A stretch of DNA of 64,000 bases, taken from Selaginella moellendorffii. Its lineage: Eukaryota; Plantae; Lycopodiophyta. Within the stretch, counting starts at the first letter, position 1; every line of letters begins with the position of its first letter. Of this stretch, positions 35,969 through 46,927 are shown in pieces. The stretch is from the NCBI RefSeq assembly GCF_000143415.4, contig NW_003314386.1:104852-168851 (forward strand), given 5' to 3'. The notes beneath the pieces were generated by a model. It was given only the letters and a program-made list of their open reading frames with translations, searched no databases and was not told the DNA's origin. The translations under genes and the position numbers were made by a program.

Positions 35969-37497
35969 TTACATGGAAGTAACTTTGGCTTGCAATGGTA
36001 GCTTTGGCCATATGACAGACATAAAAGCTTCATCCATATTATAGCTTCCTCCACGGACGACAGGCTCCCAGTTGAAACCATGAATCAAGTTGGCGAGTGT
36101 GAGGTACACACTCTTGAGTCCCAGCAACATCCCTGGACAAATTCTTCTCCCACATCCGAATGGAATCAGCTCAAAGTCCTGGCCCTTAACATCGATTGTT
36201 GATCCTTGAAACCTCTCCGGCCAGAACTTTTCAGGCTTATCCCAAACTCTTGGGTCTCTACCAATGGCATAAAAGTTGATAATGGTGGTGGCACCTTTGG
36301 GAATGTCGAAAGACTCGCCCAGAACACAAGCCTGAGTTGACATCCTGGGCATCAGCAACGGGGCTGGAGGGTGCAACCTGAAAGTTTCCTTGACAATGTC
36401 TTCAAGGTATAGAAGCTTGTGGAGATCAGACTCTGTAACCATGCGATCTCGGCCCACAACAGTATCGAGTTCCTCCTGTGCTTTCCTCATTATCTCTGGA
36501 TTGTTGAGAAGTTCCAGCAGCGCCCACTCTGTCGTACAAGCACTGGTGTCTGTTCCTCCTGCAAGGAGTTCCTGTGAAAATGAGGAAGACAGTCACTGTT
36601 ACTACAAACTTTGTGAAATCCAGGAGATCATTCACTTACCATCAAGGTGGCTTTGGCGACCTCCTCGTCTCCTTGGTGTTGTAGCAAGATATCCATGAAA
36701 TCCATCACAGGACGGGACTTCTGGCTAGATTTGTGCTCTTGGATTATTTTTTCGAAGAACTTCTCTTGCTTTGCCACAAGTTTTCTCGCATGTGGGATGT
36801 TCCAATCAATCCATCTCAGCCAAGCCGGGACGAACTCACTTATGTGGAACTTCAAAACGAAGCGCGTCAGCTCCTCCAGGACTTCTCTGAGCTGCCTAGC
36901 CTCTTCTATTTCCTCCCCGCCCAAGTTCTTGTTCCCAAAGAATCTCTTGCTCATGAACATCTGGCTCACTATGTTGAAATTGAAATCAGTGACAAGTTCT
37001 CTCACATTGACGACGCTCTGGCTCTTGGATGCTTGAGCAAGCCGTGAGACCAAGTGAGAGACCTCCGCAAGCCTCAGCCCTCGGAAGGATTCCATGCGCT
37101 TGACTGAGAAGAGCTCGGTGATACAGATCTTCCTCATGTTCTTCCAGTGATCACCGTTAGACAAACCAATCCCCTTAAAGTTGTAAGTGAGATACTCCCC
37201 AACCAACAGGTATGGTCTGAAGCCAAAGCTAGAATCATTGCTTCTCAGTGCCTCTTTCGCTAGATCTGGACTGGAAATCACAATGGCTGGAGTCATCCCA
37301 AGTCTTAGATACATAATCCCTCCAAGCTTTCTAGATAAGTTTTGGAGGGATTGGTGAGGGAGCCTAGACAGATGATGGACGTGACCAATCAAGGGCAGCC
37401 CCCATGGAGATGGAGGCAACCTCTTTCTACTTTGCAGCAAAGATCTTCCCAAAAAACACACCACCAAAGCTACAAGAAGGTAGACTGGAAACTCCAT
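35969..37497 (-). CDS. Cytochrome P450 ('CYP-C2'), intact; intron 36572-36639
   Basis: Open exon 1 (MEFPVYLL...KATLM) and exon 2 (ELLAGGTDTS...PFGCGRRICPG...KVTSM*). Confidence 0.92.
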
Positions 37498-37576
37498 GAA
37501 TCCCTTGTTCTCTCGCTTGAGACCATCACATTGTATACAAGTTATAAAGGACATGAAGCTATAGTTCTTTAAGCTC

Positions 37577-40252
37577 TCAAGTCAACGATGTAAGATCACT
37601 GCCTGACAAAACCACGCGAAGATCATTCGAGGGATCAGAGCTCGAGAATCTTTCTTCCAGCTTTGCTTTCTCCTCCCACATCCCTGCTGCCGCATAGACG
37701 TTCCCCATCAACCGAAACACCGCGCCATCGCTCCCGCCACCTCTGCTCATCAAGGCCTCGAAAGCCATCTTCGCAACTCTTAAGTTCTTCCACTTCTGGC
37801 ACGCCCCGAGCACCGTCTTCCACGCCACCGCGCTCGCCTCAAACGGCATCGCTTCCAGCAGCTCCACTGCCTCGTCCAGAGCATTCGCTCGCCCCAGCAT
37901 GTCCACCATGCAGCGGTAGTGCTCCACGCCGGGAGTGACACCATATTTGGAGCTCATCGCCTGGAAGTACCTCCTCCCCTCGTCTACAAGCCCGGCGTGA
38001 CTACACGCGATGAGAACGCAGATGAAAGTCACCCGGTTTGCTCCAAGCCCCTCGTCTTGCATGCTGTGGAAGAGCCGAAACACGCTGCTCGTGTCACCCA
38101 GCCTGCTATACCCTGCTATCAGTGCCGTCCAGGCCACCAGATCGACGCTGCCCAGCGAGTCGAAAGTGGTGTGAGCGTCCACCATGCTGCCGCACTTGCC
38201 GTAGACGTCCACAAAGCACGTAGCCAGGAGAGCCTCCGTCTCGTGCCCCCACCGGCAAGCGTCGCTGTGGACGGCCTTGCCGAAGCGAAAGGCCACTGAG
38301 CTTCCACACGCCTTGAGCACGGCGATCAGGTTCTGCGAGCTCAGCGAAAAGCTCTCCTCCTGTCTCATGCTGCCAAACGCATCCACGGCTTTGGCCTCCT
38401 CCCCTGCCTCGATGTAGCCCAGGAGCATCGAGTTCCACGACACCATGCTGTGGAAAGGCATGGCATCGAAGACTTGGCGAGCGTCCACCATGCTCCCACA
38501 TCTCGCGAAAACGTCGACAAACGTGCTGGCCAAAAACACGTCCGTGTCGCACCCCAACTTCGCTGCCTGTGAGTGAACAGTCCTGCCTTTGTCCAGAGCG
38601 AAAACTTTCACGAACTTCCCGTCAACCTGTCTTGCTTCTTCCTTGGCAGCCACGCCGATGCAAGCTTTTGCCGCCGCGACGAAAGTTAGTGTGTCCGGCT
38701 CGAAGCCTTCGTCCTTCATCGTTGTCAAAAGATCCAAAGCCAGTCCCTCCTCCCCACTCTCTGCGTATCCCATGAGCAAAGCAGTCCATGCCACGACACT
38801 CCGAGAAGGCATCCTGTCAAACACGCTGCGGGCGTCCACCAGGCTCCCACAGTTCACGTACATGTCTATCAGCGTGATTGTCACGAAGCAGTCCGCCGTA
38901 TGGCCTTTCTCCACAGCTCCAGCATGCAAAGCCATGCCTTTCTCCAAACTTGCCAGCTTCACGGCCCTCCCGTCGATTTTTCTGGCGACTTCTTTTCCTG
39001 CAACGCTGGTGCAAGCCTTCAAGGCGGCAACGTACGATCGAGAGGTCGGAGCACAGTCCCTGGAAGTTTTCATGCGGTCGAAAAGCTCCAACACGGTCCC
39101 TGCCTCTCCATACTCGCAGTAGCCAAACATGAGAGCGTTCCACGCCACGGCCTTTTGACACTCCATGCTGTCGAAGACTCTTCGAGCATCCGTCATGCTC
39201 CCACACTTGGAGTAGAAATCCACCAGCGTGTTGGCGAGCACAGCCTCCGGATCATCGATACTGGATGCTTGAGCGTGTACTCTCGTGCCTCGCTCAAGAG
39301 CCACCACCTTGACGAGCCTCCCGTCAACCTGCCTTTGGTCTTCTCTCGCCGCAAGGCCGGAGCAGGCCTTGACGGCAGCAACGAAAGTGAGAGCATTCTT
39401 CTCGCAGCTCACACGCTCAAACAGCTCGAGAGCAATCTCCCCCTCTCCATTCTCGGCATATCCCAGTAGCAAAGCATTCCACGACACGACCGTGTGAAAC
39501 TCCATCCTGTCGAAAGCCCCCCGAGAATCCACCAAGCTTCCACACTTGGCATACATATCCACCAGGGTGTTCTCCACGAACACATCCAGAGAGTCACCCT
39601 GGATCCTCGTCGCTCGAGAGTGAACCATCATTCCTTTCTCCAAAGCACCGAGCTTGACTTTTCCACTGCCGATGACAATCGTGCTCCCTTCACTGTCCGC
39701 GATGGCAGAGCACGCCTTGATTGCTCCCATAAAAGTCCCCGCATTGGGACGCAAGCCGCGGACTTCCATGCTCTGGAACAAATCCAGCGCCAAATCCCCT
39801 CTTCCATTTTCAACGTATCCCAGCAGCAGCGAGTTCCAAGTCACGACGTCATACTGTGGAAATCTTTCGAAGATCTGAGCTGCCTTGACCAATCGCGACC
39901 CCAAATCTCTGTCACTGACACTGCCGCTCGAATCAAAATCCTTGCTGCTGCTGGATTCCAGATACCCGGCCATGAGCGCCGTCCAGGCCACCACATTGCG
40001 GCAAGGCATGGCGTCAAAGACCCTGTGTGCATCCGCGACGCTGCCGCATCGCGAGTACATGCTGACCAGGCTGCTGGCAACGACGAGATTGGAGCCATAG
40101 CCCGCCGCGACGGCTTCATTGTGAAGATTCTTGCCGCGATCGAGGTCACTGGAGCTGCGGCAAGAGCGTAATATCGACACGAAGTAGTGGACGCTGATCC
40201 TTACCTCAGAATGCAGTGCCCTCGCGCCGATGCCACGCCTCAAACACCGCAT
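37577..40252 (-). CDS. PLS-class PPR protein with E domain, copy 1 (intronless, 891 aa)
   Basis: Repeated L.DMY.KCGSL.DAR.VFD.M and W.AL..GY motifs, and HYRCMVDMLGRA. The N-terminus MRCLRRGIGARALHS resembles a mitochondrial presequence. Confidence 0.94.
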   Translation of the reverse strand: MRCLRRGIGARALHSEVRISVHYFVSILRSCRSSSDLDRGKNLHNEAVAAGYGSNLVVASSLVSMYSRCGSVADAHRVFDAMPCRNVVAWTALMAGYLESSSSKDFDSSGSVSDRDLGSRLVKAAQIFERFPQYDVVTWNSLLLGYVENGRGDLALDLFQSMEVRGLRPNAGTFMGAIKACSAIADSEGSTIVIGSGKVKLGALEKGMMVHSRATRIQGDSLDVFVENTLVDMYAKCGSLVDSRGAFDRMEFHTVVSWNALLLGYAENGEGEIALELFERVSCEKNALTFVAAVKACSGLAAREDQRQVDGRLVKVVALERGTRVHAQASSIDDPEAVLANTLVDFYSKCGSMTDARRVFDSMECQKAVAWNALMFGYCEYGEAGTVLELFDRMKTSRDCAPTSRSYVAALKACTSVAGKEVARKIDGRAVKLASLEKGMALHAGAVEKGHTADCFVTITLIDMYVNCGSLVDARSVFDRMPSRSVVAWTALLMGYAESGEEGLALDLLTTMKDEGFEPDTLTFVAAAKACIGVAAKEEARQVDGKFVKVFALDKGRTVHSQAAKLGCDTDVFLASTFVDVFARCGSMVDARQVFDAMPFHSMVSWNSMLLGYIEAGEEAKAVDAFGSMRQEESFSLSSQNLIAVLKACGSSVAFRFGKAVHSDACRWGHETEALLATCFVDVYGKCGSMVDAHTTFDSLGSVDLVAWTALIAGYSRLGDTSSVFRLFHSMQDEGLGANRVTFICVLIACSHAGLVDEGRRYFQAMSSKYGVTPGVEHYRCMVDMLGRANALDEAVELLEAMPFEASAVAWKTVLGACQKWKNLRVAKMAFEALMSRGGGSDGAVFRLMGNVYAAAGMWEEKAKLEERFSSSDPSNDLRVVLSGSDLTSLT

Positions 40253-40329
40253 GCTCCATCCCGATCGAAGAACCCTAGAAACAGAAAACCTAAAATTCCT
40301 CGCGCGCTGAAAGGATTTAAATTTTCTTT

Positions 40330-40860
40330 AGGTGCCCCTCTTTGGCCAATTTCTTCGTTCTTGAATAGTTGATCCCAACCCTTTGAAGTAGTAGCATGCA
40401 TACTGCCTAACCAATATAAATGTGGAACTAAAGAGCAAATCAACTTCTTTTGCCATGGAACAGCTATATGCCAAGGATTGAAATTTCTTTACGTGGCTTC
40501 ATGCCAATTTCTTCATTTCTCCCCTCTTTGGCCGTTCTCGAATAGCTGATCCCAGCCCCTTGAAGTTGTAGCACGCATACTGCCCAACGAGTATAAATGA
40601 CCTGGAACCAAAAACCAGTCGCTGGACTGGCAATAACGGCTGGAACCATGCCAAGTCTCAAGAACATAACATCCCAAACTTGTTGGACAGCTTCTGAAGA
40701 GACTGGTAAAGCATTAGATCTAAACCATGGATCTAAACCAATGCAGTAGTGTCTTGCTTTGCAACGTAAGAGTTCTAACAAGGAGCAAGAAGACAGAAAC
40801 TAGAGAAGGAACTCCCTTTTTCAACGGGGATACCAAATGAGATTCTTCCATTTGATCCTC
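40330..40860 (-). pseudogene. CYP-A 5' fragments, internally duplicated
   Basis: DVMFLRLGMVPAVI matches CYP-A. The duplicated block is the same as at 33700-34010. Confidence 0.8.
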
Positions 40861-41790
40861 TAGTGGAACAAGACATCAGGATTAAAGTCGTGGAGCAAGT
40901 TTCCAAGAGTGAGATAAATAGTTTTGAGGCCGAGTGACATGCCTGGGCATATTCGTCTCCCAGCTCCAAACGGAATCAGCTCAAAGTCCTGGCCTTTCAC
41001 GTCGATTGCCAACCCCAGAAACCTCTCGGACCAAAACTTTGTCCCAAACTTTGGATCTCTGCCAACGGAGTAAAAGATGACAATGGTGGTGGCACCTTTG
41101 ATCCTGAAAGTTTCCTTGACGATGGTCTCAAGATATGTCAGCTTTAAAACCATGCCATCTCCGCCTATGACAACATCAAGTTCCTCTTGTCCTTTCCTCA
41201 TGACATCTGGATTGTTGAGAAGTTCTAGCAAAGCCCACTCCACTCTGCATGTGCTTGTGTCTGTTCCTGCTGCCAGGAGTTCCTATGCCAAAGCATTCCA
41301 GAGTATAGATTATCATGTTAGAATCATTCTCCGCTTACCGCTAAGGTGGTTTTGACAACTTATCGGTCATCTCGTCTATGCTCAAGCAAAGTATCCATGA
41401 AATCCGTTGTCGGGATGGGATTTGTTGGCTTTGTGTTCGTCGGTGATCTTCTGGAGGAATTCGTCCTGCTTGGCAGCAACCCTTTTGGCCTGTGGTATGG
41501 TTCCAGTCAATCCATTTGAGCCAAGATGGTACAAACTCACTTATATGGAACTGGAAAGCAAACTTGACTGACTCATCGATCAGTTCCTTGAATACTCTGG
41601 CCTCTGCTAGCTCGTCATCACTCAAGTTCTCACCGAAAAACCTCTTGCTCGTGAGGATCCGAGTTTGTATGTTGAATGTGAGGATCATGAGGTGTTCTCT
41701 CACATCTACAACACATCGGTCTTTGCAAGCTTGGGCGAGTGATGACATCAAGTAAGAAAGCTCCTCCATTCCAACCCACAAGAAAGAGTC

Positions 41791-44734
41791 TGGATGGCCA
41801 GAGACGGTAAACCGAGGCAGTCCTCCCCCCTCGGCGTCATGCCACTTGCCCCCCGTGGGCCGGGCGCCCCCCTGATCCCACCAATTGGAGCATCTTTGCC
41901 GGTGGTGCGATCTGCCCGCGAAGGAGCCCGGACAACGGCATGGATGGGCGGCCTGGTATCCTCCCATCCCGCCCGGGGTGTGTCTTCGTCTGCCCCACCC
42001 CTCCTTCCCCACCGCACACATCACCGGGATTCCGGGGCACACTCCACTCCGACCTTTGGGGCTCGGAGCCCTCCTCTGAGCCGGCCGGGAGTGGCCGATC
42101 TCCGTCCATGCCCAGTCACCGGTGCACCCGCCCCGAGCGGAAAAGGAGCGGCGGGGAGAGAGTGGTGGGCCGCCGGTGCTGGAAGGAGCGGCACCCGCGG
42201 AGCAGGCATCCGGATAGGGAGATAGTTGCCAGAAAACGTGTGAAACTTAAAAAACGTAACATTTTAAACGCGTTCAAAAACGCCATTTTAAACTCCCAAC
42301 GCATTTGCATTATTTGCGAAAAGAGACAAAGGTTTCTTTAGGGTTTCTTCAGGGTTCTTGTGGTCATGACAGGAATTGGAGGACGCTGCGAATGCTGGAG
42401 CTGGAAGCATGTGATACAAGCAGAGCAGCATTGGACATGTAAGTATTGTCATGAGATTCACACTGGGGGAGCAGACTGAGTGCGAGCACATCTCGCTGGA
42501 GTTCAGGCAAGAGGTGTGGAAACGTGCAAGGCAATGAGGGAGATCCCTTATGAGGTTCTTAAAAAAGCTCGCAGCTGTTTTTCCGATTTCGAGCTAGCAG
42601 ACCCAGCAAATGCCGATGATGGGCATCTGCTGCAGCAAGCCACACAGGGTTCAGGGGGGCCAGCAGAATCTATGGTGGCAAGCACAAAGAACTAGTCCAG
42701 TGTTGGGACAAGCAGAGCAGCGAAACGCAGATCCTCAGATGGAAATTTGGTGACATTTTTTGATATTGCTTCGGCTGAGGCACTGGATGATGCTGTTGTA
42801 GAGTTCTTCTTTGCCAAGAACATCTCCTTCAACACAATCCAAAGAGACAACTTGAAGAGAATGTTGAAAGTTGCCGCAAAAGTGGGGCATCCAGCAATTG
42901 ACAACCTCATGGGATATGAGAAGTTGCGGACAACTGAGGTACAATGAATCTACAACAACGTTCAGAAACAGCTTGAAGATGTGCGGCTAAGTTGGAGGAC
43001 ATATGGTTGTACCATTGTCACGGATGGCTGGTCTGATATCAAGAAGCAGTCTCTTATCAACTTCATGGTCAGTTCTGTGAGAGGCTCAATTTTCCTGAAG
43101 GTTGTGGACAGTAAGAACGTGAAGAAAATTGGAGCATGGTTGTTTGAGCAGTTGAAACAAGTGATTGCCAAGGTTGGCACGGAAAATGTTGTGCAGGTGG
43201 TGACGGACAATGCAAGCAACTGCGTGATCATGGGGGAGCTTTTGCAGTAGGAGTTTCCATAGATTGTACATATTCGCTGCGTTTGCCACGTTATGGGCTT
43301 GCTGTTCGAAGATATTGGAGCTCTGTCTTGGGTGCAGCCTTTCATCGATGGCTGTGCGAAGACAGTTACCTTCATCACCTCAAAGCCACAGGTTCTAGCT
43401 CTTTATAGAACTTTCTGCAAACAGGACCTGATAAAGCCTATGACCATGAGGTTTGCTTATATTTTTCTCGTGATGTCTCAACTTCTGGAGACCACGAATC
43501 TCTCTGGGCTTCGAAGAATGGTGGTGAGCCAAGAATGGGAGCGACTTGACTGGTCTAAGAAGCTGGAGGGCCTGGAGTTGCGATCTCATGTTCTCAATGA
43601 CTCGTTCTGGGAGCGGTGCGAGAATTTGTTATTTTTGCTCGGACCTTTACTTCGAGCTCTTTGGCTTGCTGATCGGGAGGGGGCGACTTCAGGCCTCATC
43701 TTTGAAGCTGTTGATCGGCTGATCGAGAAGATGGATGAGGGAGCTCGAAATGGAATTTATGCACATGAGGAAGTGGGACAAATCAACGATTTCCTACTTG
43801 AATCACATAGTCTGAAGAAGGCAAGGTGGTATCAAATACACAACGTCATTCATGGAGCTGCTTTTGCTCTTCATCCTCTGTTTCTGGGGGATAACCCGGA
43901 GAACAACAAGCTAGACAATGAGGCATACGGGAATTGGCTGAAGTACATGCATGTTTATAACAGTGGTGATCTGGACTTGCAGCTGAGATTGCAGGCACAG
44001 TTTGAGAGGTTTCGGCAATAGCTTGGATGGCAAATGAGGTTACTTGTTGCCAAGGATCGGGAGACCAGAAAGTTTCTAGTAACCTGGTGGAGTTCTTTTG
44101 GTTTAGAGATGCCTGATCTACATCTCATGGCTCTCTGGATTTTAAGCCAGGTTGTTTGCACTTCTCCATGTGAGAGGAATTGGAGCTCATGGAGCTTGAT
44201 ACAAACAAAGTGCAGGTCCCACTTGCTTCCCAAAAATGCTGAGAAGCTTGTTTACATTCACACAAACTTGCGGGTTGCTCAAAAGCTGGAGAGTGAAGGT
44301 TTGAGGATGCTAGAGATTGATATAGACAAGCTGGAGTTGGAGCCTCATTGGAAGAGGATTTTGGATCTGCAAGAAGCTTTTGAGGAACCAAATCAGGCTG
44401 CTGAAGAGTTTAGCATCGATGAAGGAATGGAAGATGATTCGGAATCAGAAGACAACTAAAACAGCTTCTTTTTTCATTTGTTTTAGTATGTTATTCGGTT
44501 AGGTTTTATAAACTTAATATCAGATTAAAGTGTCTTTAGTAAATATTAATGTTTTCTTAATCATTTTAGGTTTTAACATGTAAAAAACATTTTAAACGGT
44601 GTTTAAACATCGACACATTGGAACGTTTGCACGTCTAGCTGCAACTATGAGGGAGGTTGAGACACTGGCGACGGGCATCATGATCGTGTCACGAGCAGGT
44701 TCGGGGATCGGATACCAAGGGCATGGGCGGCCTT
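41791..44734. mobile_element. GC-rich ~0.5 kb insertion of unknown origin (41791-42220 plus 44655-44734), flanked by a GTC duplication and split by a hAT element
   Basis: Abrupt GC-rich sequence inside CYP-B3. GTC occurs at 41788-41790 and 44735-44737. No terminal inverted repeats or poly(A) tail seen. Confidence 0.7.
42221..44649 (+). mobile_element. hAT DNA transposon (BED finger - DUF659 - dimerisation domain), transposase pseudogene 42366-44459
   Basis: Terminal inverted repeats gATAGTTGC.. / ..GCAACTATg. Motifs WTCKYC..RAHLAG, GCTIVTDGWSD, VVQVVTDNASN, CVCH, WWSSFG and SPCERNWS lie in a single frame with 6 nonsense codons. Confidence 0.92.
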
Positions 44735-45330
44735 GTCAATGCATTTCACTGTGAAGAGCTTAGTGTTGCAGATCCTTCTCATGTTCTTCCAGTGATCACC
44801 ACTAGCCAAAGCTATTCCCTTGAAATTGTAGCCACTGTGCTCTCCAACCAGCAAATATGGCCTGAAACTAAAGTTTAGTCTTCAGTCTTGAACATTTGCT
44901 TTGCTAGAGCTGGACTGGAAATCACAATTGCAGGGATCATCCCCAATTTGAGATAGATAGTCTCTCCAAACTTCCTGGAGACCTTTTGCACTGAATGGTG
45001 AGGCATTCTTCCAATGAGATGGAGGTGACCAATGAGTGGCAAGCCCCATGGAGATGGGGGCAGCCTCTTGCTTGACAGCAACACATTCTTGAAGAGATGA
45101 GCAATAGTAGAAAGCCAAAGAAGAAGAGAAGGAACTCCATCTGGTTTGTCTGGAGTCTATGAATCATGGTCTATAAATAATTGTTTCATTGCATGGTTCG
45201 TCTAATGATGCTTTTGAACAAGATGACAAACGAGTATCTGCCGTATTGTTTGAAGGTCAACCTCGTGAATAACGTAATATTATAATTTAAGAGCAAATTA
45301 AGATGCTTCTAATAAAACAGAATACAATGG

Positions 45331-46859
45331 TTACATAGAAGTAACTTTGGCTTGCAATGGTAGCTTTGGCCATATGACAGACATAAAAGCTTCATCCATA
45401 TTGTAGCTTCCTCCACAAACGACAGGCTCCCAGTTGAAACCATGAATCATGTTGGCGAGCGTGAGGTACACACTCCTGAGTCCCAGCAACATCCCTGGAC
45501 AAATTCTTCTCCCAGATCCGAATGGAATCAGCTCAAAGTCCTGACCCTTAACATCGATTCTTGATCCTTGAAACCTCTCCGGCCAGAACTTTTCAGGCTT
45601 ATCCCAAACTCTTGGGTCTCTACCAATGGCATAAAAGTTGATAATGGTGGTGGCACCTTTGGGAATGTCGAAAGACTCGCCCAGAACACAAGCCTGAGTG
45701 GACATCCTGGGCGCCAGCAACGGGGCTGGAGGGTGAAACCTGAAAGTTTCCTTGACAATGTCTTCAAGGTATAGAAGCTTGTGGAGATCAGACTCTGTAA
45801 CCATGCGATCTCGGCCCACAACAGTATCGAGTTCCTCCTGTGCTTTCCTCATTATCTCTGGATTGTTGAGAAGTTCCAGCAGCGCCCACTCTGTCATACA
45901 AGCACTGGTGTCTGTTCCTGCTGCAAGGAGTTCCTGTGAAAATGAGGAAGACAGTCACTGTTACAACAAACTCTGTCAAATCGAGGAGATCATTCACTTA
46001 CCACCAAGGTGGCTTTGGCGACCTCCTCGTCTCCTTGGTGTTGTAGCAAGATATCCATGAAATCCATCACAGGGCGGGACTTCTGACTAGATTTGTGCTC
46101 TTGGATTATTTTTTCGAAGAACTTCTCCTGCTTGGCCACAATTTTTCTCGCATGTGGGATGCTCCAATCAATCCATCTCAGCCAAGCCGGGATGAACTCA
46201 CTTATGTGGAACTTCAAAGTGAAGCGCGCCAGCTCCTGCAGGACTTCTCTGAGCTGTCTAGCCTCTTCTATTTCCTCCCCGCCCAAGTTCATGTTCCCAG
46301 AGAATCTCTTGCTCATGAGCATCTGGCTCACTATGTTGAAATTGAAATCAGTGACAAGTTCTCTCACATTGACGACGCTCTGGCTCTTGGATGCTTGAGC
46401 AAGCCGTGAGACCAAGTGAGAGACCTCCGCAAGCCTCATCCCTTGGAAGGATTCCATGCGCTTGACTGAGAAGAGCTCGGTGATACAGATCTTCCTCATG
46501 TTCTTCCAGTGATCACCGTTAGAGAAAGCAATCCCCTTAAAGTTGTAAGTGAGATACTCCCCAACCAACAGGTATGGTCTGAAGCCAAAGCTAGAATCAT
46601 TGCTTCTCAGTGCCTCTTTCGCTAGATCTGGACTGGAAATCACAATGGCTGGAATCATCCCAAGTCTTAGATACATAATCCCTCCAAGCTTTCTAGATAA
46701 GTTTTGGAGGGATTGGTGAGGCAGCATAGACAAATGATGGAGGTGACCAATCAAAGGCAGCCCCCATGGAGATGGAGGCAACCTCTTTCTACTCTGCAGC
46801 AAAGATCTTCCCAAAAAACACACCACCAAAGCTACAAGAAAGTAGACTGGAAACTCCAT
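45331..46859 (-). CDS. Cytochrome P450 ('CYP-C3'), intact; intron 45934-46001
   Basis: Both exons are open, with AAGTDTS, KETFR, PERF and PFGSGRRICPG motifs. Confidence 0.92.
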
Positions 46860-46927
46860 GAATCCCTTGTTCTCTCGCTTGAGACCATCAAGTTATAAAG
46901 CCCATGAAGCTATAGTTCTTTAAGCTC

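Larger units (their letters stand above)
40860..45140 (-). pseudogene. Cytochrome P450 ('CYP-B3'), deleted, frameshifted and interrupted by a 2.9-kb insertion
   Basis: B-type sequence runs to 41790 (...aagaaagagtc) and resumes at 44735 (gtcaatgcatttcactg...). Confidence 0.88.

Noticed and set aside
41794-41910. Attempt to read the GC-rich insert as a pre-edited mitochondrial exon plus a group II intron start (GTGCG)
   Set aside because: No translation, even allowing C-to-U editing, matched a mitochondrial protein I could recognise. It is kept only as a general organellar-origin hypothesis.
41341-42042. 233-aa ORF fusing the GC-rich insert to CYP-B3 sequence
   Set aside because: Chance read-through across an insertion junction in an already broken pseudogene.
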